IMG/VR virus record: IMGVR_UViG_3300044675_005311
Location: 1-64,000 of that record
Length of the DNA stretch: 64,000 bases
Origin: a virus
Reading direction: 5' to 3' (one strand)
This document shows, piece by piece, positions 56,923 through 64,000 of the stretch (within the stretch, counting starts at the first letter, position 1; every line of letters begins with the position of its first letter). The position numbers and the translations under genes are program-made. A model generated the notes under the pieces. It did no database searches. It had not been told where the DNA came from and worked only from the letters and a program-made list of their open reading frames with translations.

Positions 56923-57404
56923 TTTTAGCGTTCATCGGACAACCTACGAGTGGCAAAACCACGTTGTGCAAAGCATTTTTCGCTTGGATTAAAACCAAGG
57001 GTAATTTCCCCGTGCGTACTCATTACATTGACGGCGACAAACTTCGTTTGATTTTCCAAAACAAAAATTACACACGCGAGGGTAGGATGCAAAACCTTAC
57101 CCTTGCTTCTAATATCGCCAAATACGAAAAGTCTTTGAATGACATAGTAATAATGGCGTTGGTGTACCCATACAAAGAGGCTAGAGAGCATTTGCGGTCG
57201 TTGGGTGAACACGTTGTAACTATTTACTTGGAGTACGATAAGAACGAAAATAGAGGCCGTGAATCGTTTTGGGTAGAGGACTTTGAATCACCATTAGGCG
57301 AAGAGAATGTTTACACGATTAACACGAGTGAAAATAATGAGAGTGAAGCCTTGCAAGAGGTAATTAACATTTACAAATTACATATTAGACATATAAAAAG
57401 ATGA
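56919..57404 (+). CDS. cysC: adenylyl-sulfate (APS) kinase-like protein
   Basis: GQPTSGKTT, IDGDKLR, YTREGR..N, LVYPY...R, FESP. Confidence 0.8.
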   Translation: MILAFIGQPTSGKTTLCKAFFAWIKTKGNFPVRTHYIDGDKLRLIFQNKNYTREGRMQNLTLASNIAKYEKSLNDIVIMALVYPYKEAREHLRSLGEHVVTIYLEYDKNENRGRESFWVEDFESPLGEENVYTINTSENNESEALQEVINIYKLHIRHIKR

Positions 57405-57745
57405 ATAAAAGATACGCATTGTTCGTAGGAAGATACCAAATGCCCCATAAGGGACATCGGTATTTGTTTGAAACTAAAATTAACCAAGGAATCCCCGTTT
57501 TGATAGCCATTCGGGATGTACCAACGGATGAAAAAAACCCATTCACCGCCGAAGAGGTGGAACGAATGCTACACAAAGAGTTTTTTGACCATTTAATTTC
57601 GGGAATGATGAAAATCATTGTTATTCCCGACATCATAGCAATATGCTATGGTAGAGAGGTTGGCTACTCAATTGAACACATTGAAGCACCCGAAGAAATT
57701 AAAGCCATTAGTGCCACCCAATTACGCAAAGAAGCGGGATTGTGA
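57401..57745 (+). CDS. HxGH nucleotidyltransferase (cytidylyltransferase-like; candidate minimal ATP sulfurylase)
   Basis: FVGRYQMPHKGH, KNPF, YGREVGY, ISATQLR. Confidence 0.75.
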   Translation: MNKRYALFVGRYQMPHKGHRYLFETKINQGIPVLIAIRDVPTDEKNPFTAEEVERMLHKEFFDHLISGMMKIIVIPDIIAICYGREVGYSIEHIEAPEEIKAISATQLRKEAGL

Positions 57746-57930
57746 AACGCGCCATATTCAAAACAATAACCTACCGAATTTTTGGTAGTATTAGCACCTT
57801 TGCGATTACCTATCTTTTTACGGGTGAAATGCGAACTAGTGCAATTGTTGGGGTTTCCGAATTGCTATGGAAACCCATTTTATACTTAGCACACGAACTC
57901 GTTTGGGAAAAACTACCCGAAAAACGATAG
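57742..57930 (+). CDS. DUF2061-like small membrane protein
   Basis: KTITYRI...K..LY..HE.VW. Confidence 0.75.
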   Translation: MKRAIFKTITYRIFGSISTFAITYLFTGEMRTSAIVGVSELLWKPILYLAHELVWEKLPEKR

Positions 57931-57972
57931 TATTGTTTAATCAATAGAATAGTATATTTTTGCAATGACCTT

Positions 57973-58254
57973 ATGTTATTGCTTAGTAGAACTATGTCTA
58001 TTCAAAAAGAGAACGAATTTACCACCTCCGCGTTATGGACGTGGTTTTTAAGAATCACGATGGGCGTGGTTTCTTTTTTAATTGTAGAGTTATATCAAGA
58101 CTTAAAGACTTTGATGGTGTCGGTGAACGATATGAAAATTATGGTAGCCGAACAAAAGAAGGATATTGAGTACTTGAAAGACAATTATCAAGACTTTAGG
58201 GAAGATTCTAGAGCAACAAAGGTCACACTAACTAAAATGGAGGAAACAAAATGA
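57973..58254 (+). CDS. TM plus coiled-coil protein
   Basis: One TM then heptad pattern; start may be 57994. Confidence 0.6.
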   Translation: MLLLSRTMSIQKENEFTTSALWTWFLRITMGVVSFLIVELYQDLKTLMVSVNDMKIMVAEQKKDIEYLKDNYQDFREDSRATKVTLTKMEETK

Positions 58255-58556
58255 TAGACCCTATAACACTAACCGCACTACTAAAAACTGTCGGCGACAC
58301 GGGAGTTGGAATTTATAACGCTAAACAACAAGCCAAAATACAAGAAAAGTTGGGTTTGTTGACTTTGGAGGAACAAGCGAAACTAAACGCCCAACTACTT
58401 AAAACCCAAGACAAGAATGCGAAACTTGCATTGATTGAAAATACTATCAAAGAGAAGGAGAGAACTAAAAGGCTACCCTTGTACATTGGTATCGGTGTTT
58501 TCGTATTGGTGTTAGGTGTAGCGACTTTCGTATTGCTACGTCGTAAAAAGGCTTAA
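58251..58556 (+). CDS. putative virion membrane protein, C-terminal TM
   Basis: LYIGIGVFVLVLGVATFVLLRRKK. Confidence 0.7.
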   Translation: MIDPITLTALLKTVGDTGVGIYNAKQQAKIQEKLGLLTLEEQAKLNAQLLKTQDKNAKLALIENTIKEKERTKRLPLYIGIGVFVLVLGVATFVLLRRKKA

Positions 58557-58562
58557 CCACAA

Positions 58563-58883
58563 ATGACTATCCCACAAAACATAAAAGAGGGTTTGATTAT
58601 CGTCGGCATAGTTGTCGTCGGTCTTTGGATTTTATTGCCCAAAGCCAAAAAAGGAATCAACTCACCTAAAGTTGCGGATGACAAAAAGTTAAAAGACATC
58701 GACAACGCGAAAGTGGTGTTGGATGCTTACTTGAATGCGGTTGAAGCGGGAGAGCGTAAATCCGAATTAGACAAATTAAACTCAATCTTTGCCGATGAAT
58801 ATGGGTTGCGTGTTTTCCGTACAAAAGACGGAAAGTATGTAGCGCGTACATCTAGCGGTAAGGATGTATTAATGACGAAGTAA
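58563..58883 (+). CDS. single-pass membrane protein
   Basis: GLIIVGIVVVGLWILLPKAKK. Confidence 0.7.
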   Translation: MTIPQNIKEGLIIVGIVVVGLWILLPKAKKGINSPKVADDKKLKDIDNAKVVLDAYLNAVEAGERKSELDKLNSIFADEYGLRVFRTKDGKYVARTSSGKDVLMTK

Positions 58884-59332
58884 TGGCAACCACTATTGCA
58901 CCTATAATTAACGTGGCCACGTCGCCTATTGTAAGCGTTACGGGGGCAAGTGGTGTTTCATACGATAGCATTAACAATTCTATTGGTATGTCGATGTTCT
59001 ATAAGGTCAATTCTATTTACCAATACGCGACTAACCTACAACAATTGCTATCGCCCGTTGTATTAAAGAAGTTTGACAAAGTAGGTAATAGACAAAATAC
59101 GACCTTGCAAATGACGATTGACCCGTATCAAGACCAAGCATCGTTGACACAAGAAATGTTGGGTTACAATTACGCGTTTGATAGTAACAATGCTTTCTTT
59201 CCTTTTATCTTGGCAAATACGACTGTGAATTACCAAATCAAAGTAACGGAACTCACGGCAAGTCAATTTTTATCGGGTGCTAGTAACTTCGATAACATCG
59301 AGTTTCTACAAGATTACATTAATGATTTTTAA
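58883..59332 (+). CDS. paralogue of the C-terminal two-thirds of the capsid candidate (minor capsid/penton-like)
   Basis: Shares V(S/T)Y, QLL, D..GN, TIDPYQ.Q, Y.Y..D, ILA.TTVN with 43039..43740. Confidence 0.75.
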   Translation: MATTIAPIINVATSPIVSVTGASGVSYDSINNSIGMSMFYKVNSIYQYATNLQQLLSPVVLKKFDKVGNRQNTTLQMTIDPYQDQASLTQEMLGYNYAFDSNNAFFPFILANTTVNYQIKVTELTASQFLSGASNFDNIEFLQDYINDF

Positions 59333-59377
59333 TTATATTTGAACAAACAATTAAACTAAAACAAAAACTATACTATT

Positions 59378-59689
59378 ATGGCAATTCAAATTGACAAAAC
59401 ATTAACTACGCAAGAAGGTTTCGTAGTTGACCAATGCTTCGGCTTTCTTTCTATCTATCTTTTAGATAGTTCTTGGGTGAACATCGCTTACTACAAGAGC
59501 GAAGCGGACTTTGAAGCGGGTAAGCAATCCTTGAACATTCAAGAATTACCCTCACGTTGCGGTTTAACTTTAAGCGCACAACAATTTTGGGGTAACGCTT
59601 TGGCTTCGGACATCACCAACCAATGTATCGCTCAAATCGAAGCGGTTATCGGTGCGGGTACTTGCACAATCATCACTTTAGAGCCTTAA
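59378..59689 (+). CDS. hypothetical structural/fibre-associated protein
   Basis: 103-aa ORF after TATATTTG (59334-59341). Confidence 0.65.
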   Translation: MAIQIDKTLTTQEGFVVDQCFGFLSIYLLDSSWVNIAYYKSEADFEAGKQSLNIQELPSRCGLTLSAQQFWGNALASDITNQCIAQIEAVIGAGTCTIITLEP

Positions 59690-59693
59690 TCTA

Positions 59694-59960
59694 ATGCCGA
59701 CTAACACATTTCAAGGATTCAACGCTTCGGATGTAACGCCAAGCGATTCAACGAACATTACTCTCGGTGGTACAATCATCGATGGACTTGACAATGGTGT
59801 TTGTTTGTATGTTGGTTCGGGCGGTGACATCAAAGTCACAATGATAGGCGGTCAAACAGTGACTTTTGCAAACGTACCAAATGGTTCTTTTTTACCCATT
59901 CAAGTAAACAAGGTATTTGCAACGGGAACGGGTGCTAGTGACATATTAGCACTATATTGA
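59694..59960 (+). CDS. head/vertex spike base protein (RcGTA Rcc01079-like)
   Basis: VTPSD...LYVGSGGDIKV.M.GG..VTF.NVP.GS.LPIQV.KV.ATGT.AS.I.AL. Confidence 0.75.
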   Translation: MPTNTFQGFNASDVTPSDSTNITLGGTIIDGLDNGVCLYVGSGGDIKVTMIGGQTVTFANVPNGSFLPIQVNKVFATGTGASDILALY

Positions 59961-59961
59961 T

Positions 59962-60114
59962 ATGCCTATCGTAATAGGAATGGGAAACGCTATTGGGTGG
60001 ACATCCGTTGATGCGGATGCCCCCTTAGAGTTTAGTTTCCTTTTATGGCAAGAAACCGCCGATTTTCTCCTCATTGATAGTGGGGGAGGAAGGATATTGC
60101 TATTTAACCCATAA
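59962..60114 (+). CDS. 50-aa putative spike adaptor (not in ORF track)
   Basis: MPIVIGMGNAIGW...FLLWQETADFLLIDSGGGRILLFNP, between spike base and fibre. Confidence 0.6.
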   Translation: MPIVIGMGNAIGWTSVDADAPLEFSFLLWQETADFLLIDSGGGRILLFNP

Positions 60115-60140
60115 TACTATCGCTTAATTAAGAAAAGAAA

Positions 60141-63100
60141 ATGAGTACTAACAAAACCATTGGTGGACTTTCCGTCCTATCAAGTGCTAATATAAAAGGA
60201 TGCTATTCGTTACCCGTATGGAATAGTGATGCGGAAACTACACAAAGCGCGTGTATTACGGATATTCTAGCGGGTGTATCTTCAATTTATACATTAGGAA
60301 GCGGGACTTGTTCTTCGCTTCGTTGTGGGGTAAGCAACACCGCAAGTGGTAATTACTCGGCATCGTTAGGAGGTCGTTTGAATTGCGCTACGGGAGTATT
60401 CTCTTCGGTTGTTGGTGGTTGTGCAAACAAGTCAATAGGTTACGGCTCTTCTATTGGAGGTGGTGTAAATAATTGTGTTTCACTTGCTTGTTATTCAACA
60501 ATTGGTGGAGGAGTAAATAATTTTATAAATATTCCATATGGAACTTCTACGGGGTCATTTATTGGGGCGGGTTCGGGAAATACCATTTGTTCAAATTGTG
60601 CTTTTATTGGCGGGGGGTCGGGAAATGTAGTAACAGGTAATGATGGTTTTCAAGTCATTACGGGGGGGCAAAATAATAATATTAACGCAGCGGGATATTC
60701 TTTTATTGGTAATGGATTGTCTAATAGCATTGCGGGTGGCGGATTAGGATTTAATGTTATTGGAGGGGGAAGAACTAATACCGCAAGTGGTGGGTATGCC
60801 CTAATTACTGGTGGTTTATCAAATACCGCCACGGGAATTTCGTCCGCTATTTTAGGAGGAGGAAGTAACACCGCAAGTGGTGCTTGTTCAATCGTTGGTG
60901 GTGGTAATATTAACTGTGCTACATCAAATTGGTCATCAGTAGTAGGAGGGGAAAATAACAGGGCTACGAATTCATTATCTTCTGTTGTAGGCGGATTTGG
61001 AAATATTGCATCAGGTTATGCAAGTTCAATAAGTGGTGGAGTAAGTAATAATACAACTTGTCATAATTCTTTTATTGGTAATGGTAAATTAAATACTGCA
61101 AGTAATTATTATGCAGCAGTAGTAGGAGGATGCGGTAATATAGCATCGGGTAATAGTTCAATAATTGCAGGTGGTCGTTGTAACGTAACTACGGGGTCAT
61201 TTTCGGGAATTTTAGCGGGTCAATTAAATTGCGCCACAAATTCTTGGTCATCGGTTTTAGGTGGTTGTAACAATTGCGCCACGGGAGTATTCTCATCGGT
61301 AGTTGGCGGTTGTGGAAACCAAGCCACGGGTTATGGTAGTTTTGTTGGGGGTGGTATAAGTAACTGCGCCACGGGTCAATGTTCAACTGTATTGGGTGGT
61401 TTTTGCTCTAAAGCCACGGGAGATTGTTCTACGGCATTAGGAGTTCAATCTTGTGCTACAAGTCTTAGTAATGCCTTTGGTATTCAAGCAAGGGCAACGG
61501 GATTTAATTCATTGGCAATAGGAACTTCTGCTAGTGCTACAAGTACGGGTGGTGTTGCTTTAGGTATTAATGTTCAGACCGCAAGTGGCATAGCAATAGG
61601 GTCTAGTGCGTTATCAAGCGGTTTGGGTTCAATTGCAATAGGTGAATCAACAGCATCAGGGGGTTGTGCGGTTGCAATAGGTGCTTTCAACTGTGCAACT
61701 GGACTAGGTGCATTAGTTATTGGAGGTAATTGCAACAAAGCCCTTGGTTCTCCATATAGTTCCGTAACGGGCGGTTTTTCAAATTGCGCGGTTGGTTGTT
61801 TGTCTTTCATTGGCGGTGGTCGTAACAATTTAGCGTGTGGCGTTTGTTCTTTCATAGGAGGTGGTCACGATAATACGACTACGGGTCGTGATAGCGGTGT
61901 GGCGTTTGGTCATACTAACATTGCGGGTGGATGTTGTTCGGCGGTTTTAGGAGGTAATAACAATTGCGCGTGTGGAATTAGGTCAATCGTTGTAGGAGGA
62001 TTTTCAAACGCTTCTACTTGTGATGATTCGGTTGTTGTTGGCGGTTATGATAATTTATCAAGTGGGGCGGAAAGTTTTGTAGGCGGTGGTTGTGTAAACC
62101 AAGCAACAAACAATTGGTCATCCGTTTTAGGCGGTTGTGTTAACTGCGCCACGGGAGTATTCTCATCGGTAGTAGGTGGTTGTGGGAATAGAGTAAGCCA
62201 ATATGGTGGATTTGTTGGAGGAGGTATTGGAAATAATGTGTGCCTTGTTTATACTGCTGATTTAGGACTAGGTAATCAAGGCGTAATTGTCGGTGGTAAC
62301 AATAATACAGTTTGTAGATTTGGAGGAATCCTTACGGGGAATACTAATAGTGTATATAACGGAGGTGTTGTTTTACAAGGTTCAAATAATTTTGCACAAA
62401 ATGGTGGAACAGTGTTAAGCGGGTATTCAAGTTGTGCAAATGGAGGTAATAGCATCGCAAATGGTCAATGTGTTTGTGCATTGGGAGGTTTTAGCATTGC
62501 AAATGGTTTATTGTCAACCGCAAGTTGTAATTATTCTTTTGCTTGGGGTAGAAATCAATCGGCAAGTTGTAAATCAATGGCTTTTGGTGGATTTAATACC
62601 GCGAGTGGTTGTTATTCTATTGCCTTAGGAGGCGCATTTTCACAAGGACATCAAGTAACGGGAAATTATAGTAATGTAGTTGGGGGTCAAAATAATTGCA
62701 CTACAAATACATATACATCGGTATTAGGTGGATGTGGTAATACGGCATCGGCATACGCTTCAAGTGTATTGGGTGGATATGGAAATATCGCTTGTGGTTG
62801 TTTTTCATCAACGATAGGTTCAAATTCTTTGGCTTACTTATATGGTCAAAACGCTTTGGCAAGTGGTCAATTTAGTGCTAGGGGTGATGCTCAATCTTCT
62901 ACATTGATAAGTCGTAGGTCGGCGGGTTCTTTAACAAGTGGTGCGACTATGACACTTTCGTTGGATGGAACGGGTACTACCAACTTAATTATTCCACCAA
63001 CGGGTAAAACTTGGGCGGTAAAAATTCAATATGCATCGAGAGTAGTAGGTGTTTCGGGTTCGGCTACGGGTGTTACCAACAACGATAGTAAAACACAAAC

Positions 63101-63326
63101 ACAAGAAATTGGTGTTAAAAACATCGGTGGCGTGACTACAATCCTTTCGGGTTCTCCTAACAATGGTATAGCCCTTGAAGACCCAAGTATGAACACGGCA
63201 TCTATGAGTTATAGCGTAGGCGGAAGTAATGAAATAGTAATGACGTTCACCGCCCCAATATTTGCGGGTGGCGGAAGTTTGACTATAAAAGCGGTTGCAA
63301 CATTAAGTATCACGGAGGTTCTATAA
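60141..63326 (+). CDS. 1061-aa Gly/Cys-rich fibre/spike protein (beta-solenoid repeats)
   Basis: Dozens of ~15-aa S.(V/I).GG..N.A.G repeats, Cys-rich; globular C-terminal domain. Confidence 0.8.
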   Translation: MSTNKTIGGLSVLSSANIKGCYSLPVWNSDAETTQSACITDILAGVSSIYTLGSGTCSSLRCGVSNTASGNYSASLGGRLNCATGVFSSVVGGCANKSIGYGSSIGGGVNNCVSLACYSTIGGGVNNFINIPYGTSTGSFIGAGSGNTICSNCAFIGGGSGNVVTGNDGFQVITGGQNNNINAAGYSFIGNGLSNSIAGGGLGFNVIGGGRTNTASGGYALITGGLSNTATGISSAILGGGSNTASGACSIVGGGNINCATSNWSSVVGGENNRATNSLSSVVGGFGNIASGYASSISGGVSNNTTCHNSFIGNGKLNTASNYYAAVVGGCGNIASGNSSIIAGGRCNVTTGSFSGILAGQLNCATNSWSSVLGGCNNCATGVFSSVVGGCGNQATGYGSFVGGGISNCATGQCSTVLGGFCSKATGDCSTALGVQSCATSLSNAFGIQARATGFNSLAIGTSASATSTGGVALGINVQTASGIAIGSSALSSGLGSIAIGESTASGGCAVAIGAFNCATGLGALVIGGNCNKALGSPYSSVTGGFSNCAVGCLSFIGGGRNNLACGVCSFIGGGHDNTTTGRDSGVAFGHTNIAGGCCSAVLGGNNNCACGIRSIVVGGFSNASTCDDSVVVGGYDNLSSGAESFVGGGCVNQATNNWSSVLGGCVNCATGVFSSVVGGCGNRVSQYGGFVGGGIGNNVCLVYTADLGLGNQGVIVGGNNNTVCRFGGILTGNTNSVYNGGVVLQGSNNFAQNGGTVLSGYSSCANGGNSIANGQCVCALGGFSIANGLLSTASCNYSFAWGRNQSASCKSMAFGGFNTASGCYSIALGGAFSQGHQVTGNYSNVVGGQNNCTTNTYTSVLGGCGNTASAYASSVLGGYGNIACGCFSSTIGSNSLAYLYGQNALASGQFSARGDAQSSTLISRRSAGSLTSGATMTLSLDGTGTTNLIIPPTGKTWAVKIQYASRVVGVSGSATGVTNNDSKTQTQEIGVKNIGGVTTILSGSPNNGIALEDPSMNTASMSYSVGGSNEIVMTFTAPIFAGGGSLTIKAVATLSITEVL

Positions 63327-63329
63327 TAT

Positions 63330-63686
63330 ATGCCCACCAAGGAAATAAATATAAGTGTCACCAACACCCAAGCGTACACAACGCAAATTTCTATCTTTGG
63401 TGGGCCACAAGACCCGAATAAAAATAGTGTCAATGCGTTCACGTCTTACACTTGGGACACCAACTTAGTAAACTTTTCGGCAAACTATTCATTTACAATT
63501 GAATCTAAGCGTTCTTTTGAGCCAACATTCACAATCATAGAGGGAACTATGAGAAACTCTTTCCTAGGACTTGTGTATGGCTTAAATCAATTAAATATTG
63601 GTATGTTTTGGTACGACACGGCTAGTAGTACAATATATGCTAGTTCGGATGCGTTCGTATTTGGCAATTTGGTATTCCCCGTGTAA
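63330..63686 (+). CDS. beta-rich structural protein; N-terminus similar to the first strands of the capsid candidate
   Basis: INISVTNTQAYTTQISIFGG vs YIITVTNTGSAVSNFDILGS. Confidence 0.6.
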   Translation: MPTKEINISVTNTQAYTTQISIFGGPQDPNKNSVNAFTSYTWDTNLVNFSANYSFTIESKRSFEPTFTIIEGTMRNSFLGLVYGLNQLNIGMFWYDTASSTIYASSDAFVFGNLVFPV

Positions 63687-63692
63687 AAAAAT

Positions 63693-63719
63693 AAAACCAC
63701 CTTTTTTAAGGGTGGTTTT
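63693..63719. terminator. bidirectional terminator between convergent operons
   Basis: AAAACCACC...GGTGGTTTT. Confidence 0.7.
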
Positions 63720-63807
63720 GAAGAAGGAACAGTCACTTCAAAAAAGAAAGTGAATAAATCAAACATAGTAGTTTTATTACTTCACTATCGGAATCTACAT
63801 CACAAAT

Positions 63808-64000
63808 TTACATCGTATCTATTAGATTATCATATATTGAGGCGACTTTTTGTTCCTCAACAACGATTTGGTTATCCTCATCCAACGATAGGATTTTACC
63901 GCCCTCAACCGCATCGTCATACTTAACCGCCATCTTACCTACATAGTCCTTGGGGAGTAGTTTTGCCAATTGCTTCAACACAATCTTTTTAACCATCCAC
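63808..64000 (-). CDS. recT: RecT/Bet-family single-strand annealing protein, C-terminal part
   Basis: WMVKKIVLKQLAKLLPK matches the RecT M..KT.....K.LP motif; reading frame open to the window edge. Confidence 0.65.
   Translation of the reverse strand, partial: WMVKKIVLKQLAKLLPKDYVGKMAVKYDDAVEGGKILSLDEDNQIVVEEQKVASIYDNLIDTM

Noticed and set aside
51993-63326. Calling the fibres tail fibres of a tailed phage
   Set aside because: No tail tube, baseplate, tape measure, portal or terminase recognisable; adjacency to a vertex spike base and capsid paralogues fits capsid spikes better. Not fully excluded without the rest of the genome.
3072-63442. Numerous 60-170 aa ORFs antisense to or nested in the main genes (e.g. 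19365-19691, 33870-34283, 54267-54770)
   Set aside because: Shadow frames of well-supported genes with no motifs or expression signals.
1-64000. Stop-codon reassignment as the cause of the odd codon usage
   Set aside because: Genes are long, intact and tightly coupled under the standard bacterial code, and TAA, TGA and TAG all end genes.
1-64000. Eukaryotic giant-virus or cellular origin
   Set aside because: Overlapping operonic genes, Rho-independent terminators, TAnnTTTG promoters and peptidoglycan enzymes indicate a bacterial virus; no housekeeping or NCLDV core genes seen.

Overview
The window is most of an AT-rich dsDNA virus genome. The host is probably Bacteroidota, judged from TAnnTTTG -7 promoter elements just upstream of starts and the general absence of Shine-Dalgarno sites. 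Layout: a short leftward early region (1-2.9 kb, PAPS-reductase-like gene at the edge); a divergent promoter pair with a palindromic operator; small ORFs and a replication-initiator module (3-7 kb); a glycosylation/methylation cluster and a CAU tRNA (7-17.8 kb); very large modular proteins (18.2-34.6 kb); and a long morphogenesis region (34.6-63.7 kb) that ends head-on with a RecT-like gene. I see no terminase, portal, HK97 capsid, tail tube or tape-measure gene. Instead there is an FtsK/HerA (A32/P9-type) packaging ATPase next to a 233-aa beta-rich capsid candidate with two partial paralogues, about 30 small single-pass membrane proteins, and a GTA-type vertex spike base + adaptor + Cys-rich fibre. 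This points to an unusually large, tailless, internal-membrane (Varidnaviria-like) bacterial virus. Most notable signals: (i) cargo polyproteins whose domains (2x ART-PolyVal, RelA/SpoT, SH3-like, ParB-like) are delimited by hydrophobic-x-x-GG linkers that also appear to act as DNA shuffling points; (ii) a second shared F/Y-x-N-A-x-G motif in structural proteins, plus an HExxH protease; (iii) near-complete avoidance of CAG/CTG (and GATC, AGCT, CATG, CCGG) except in a few islands; (iv) a repeated operator and a repeated UCUGUG-loop hairpin. All family assignments come from motif recognition by eye; no searches were run.
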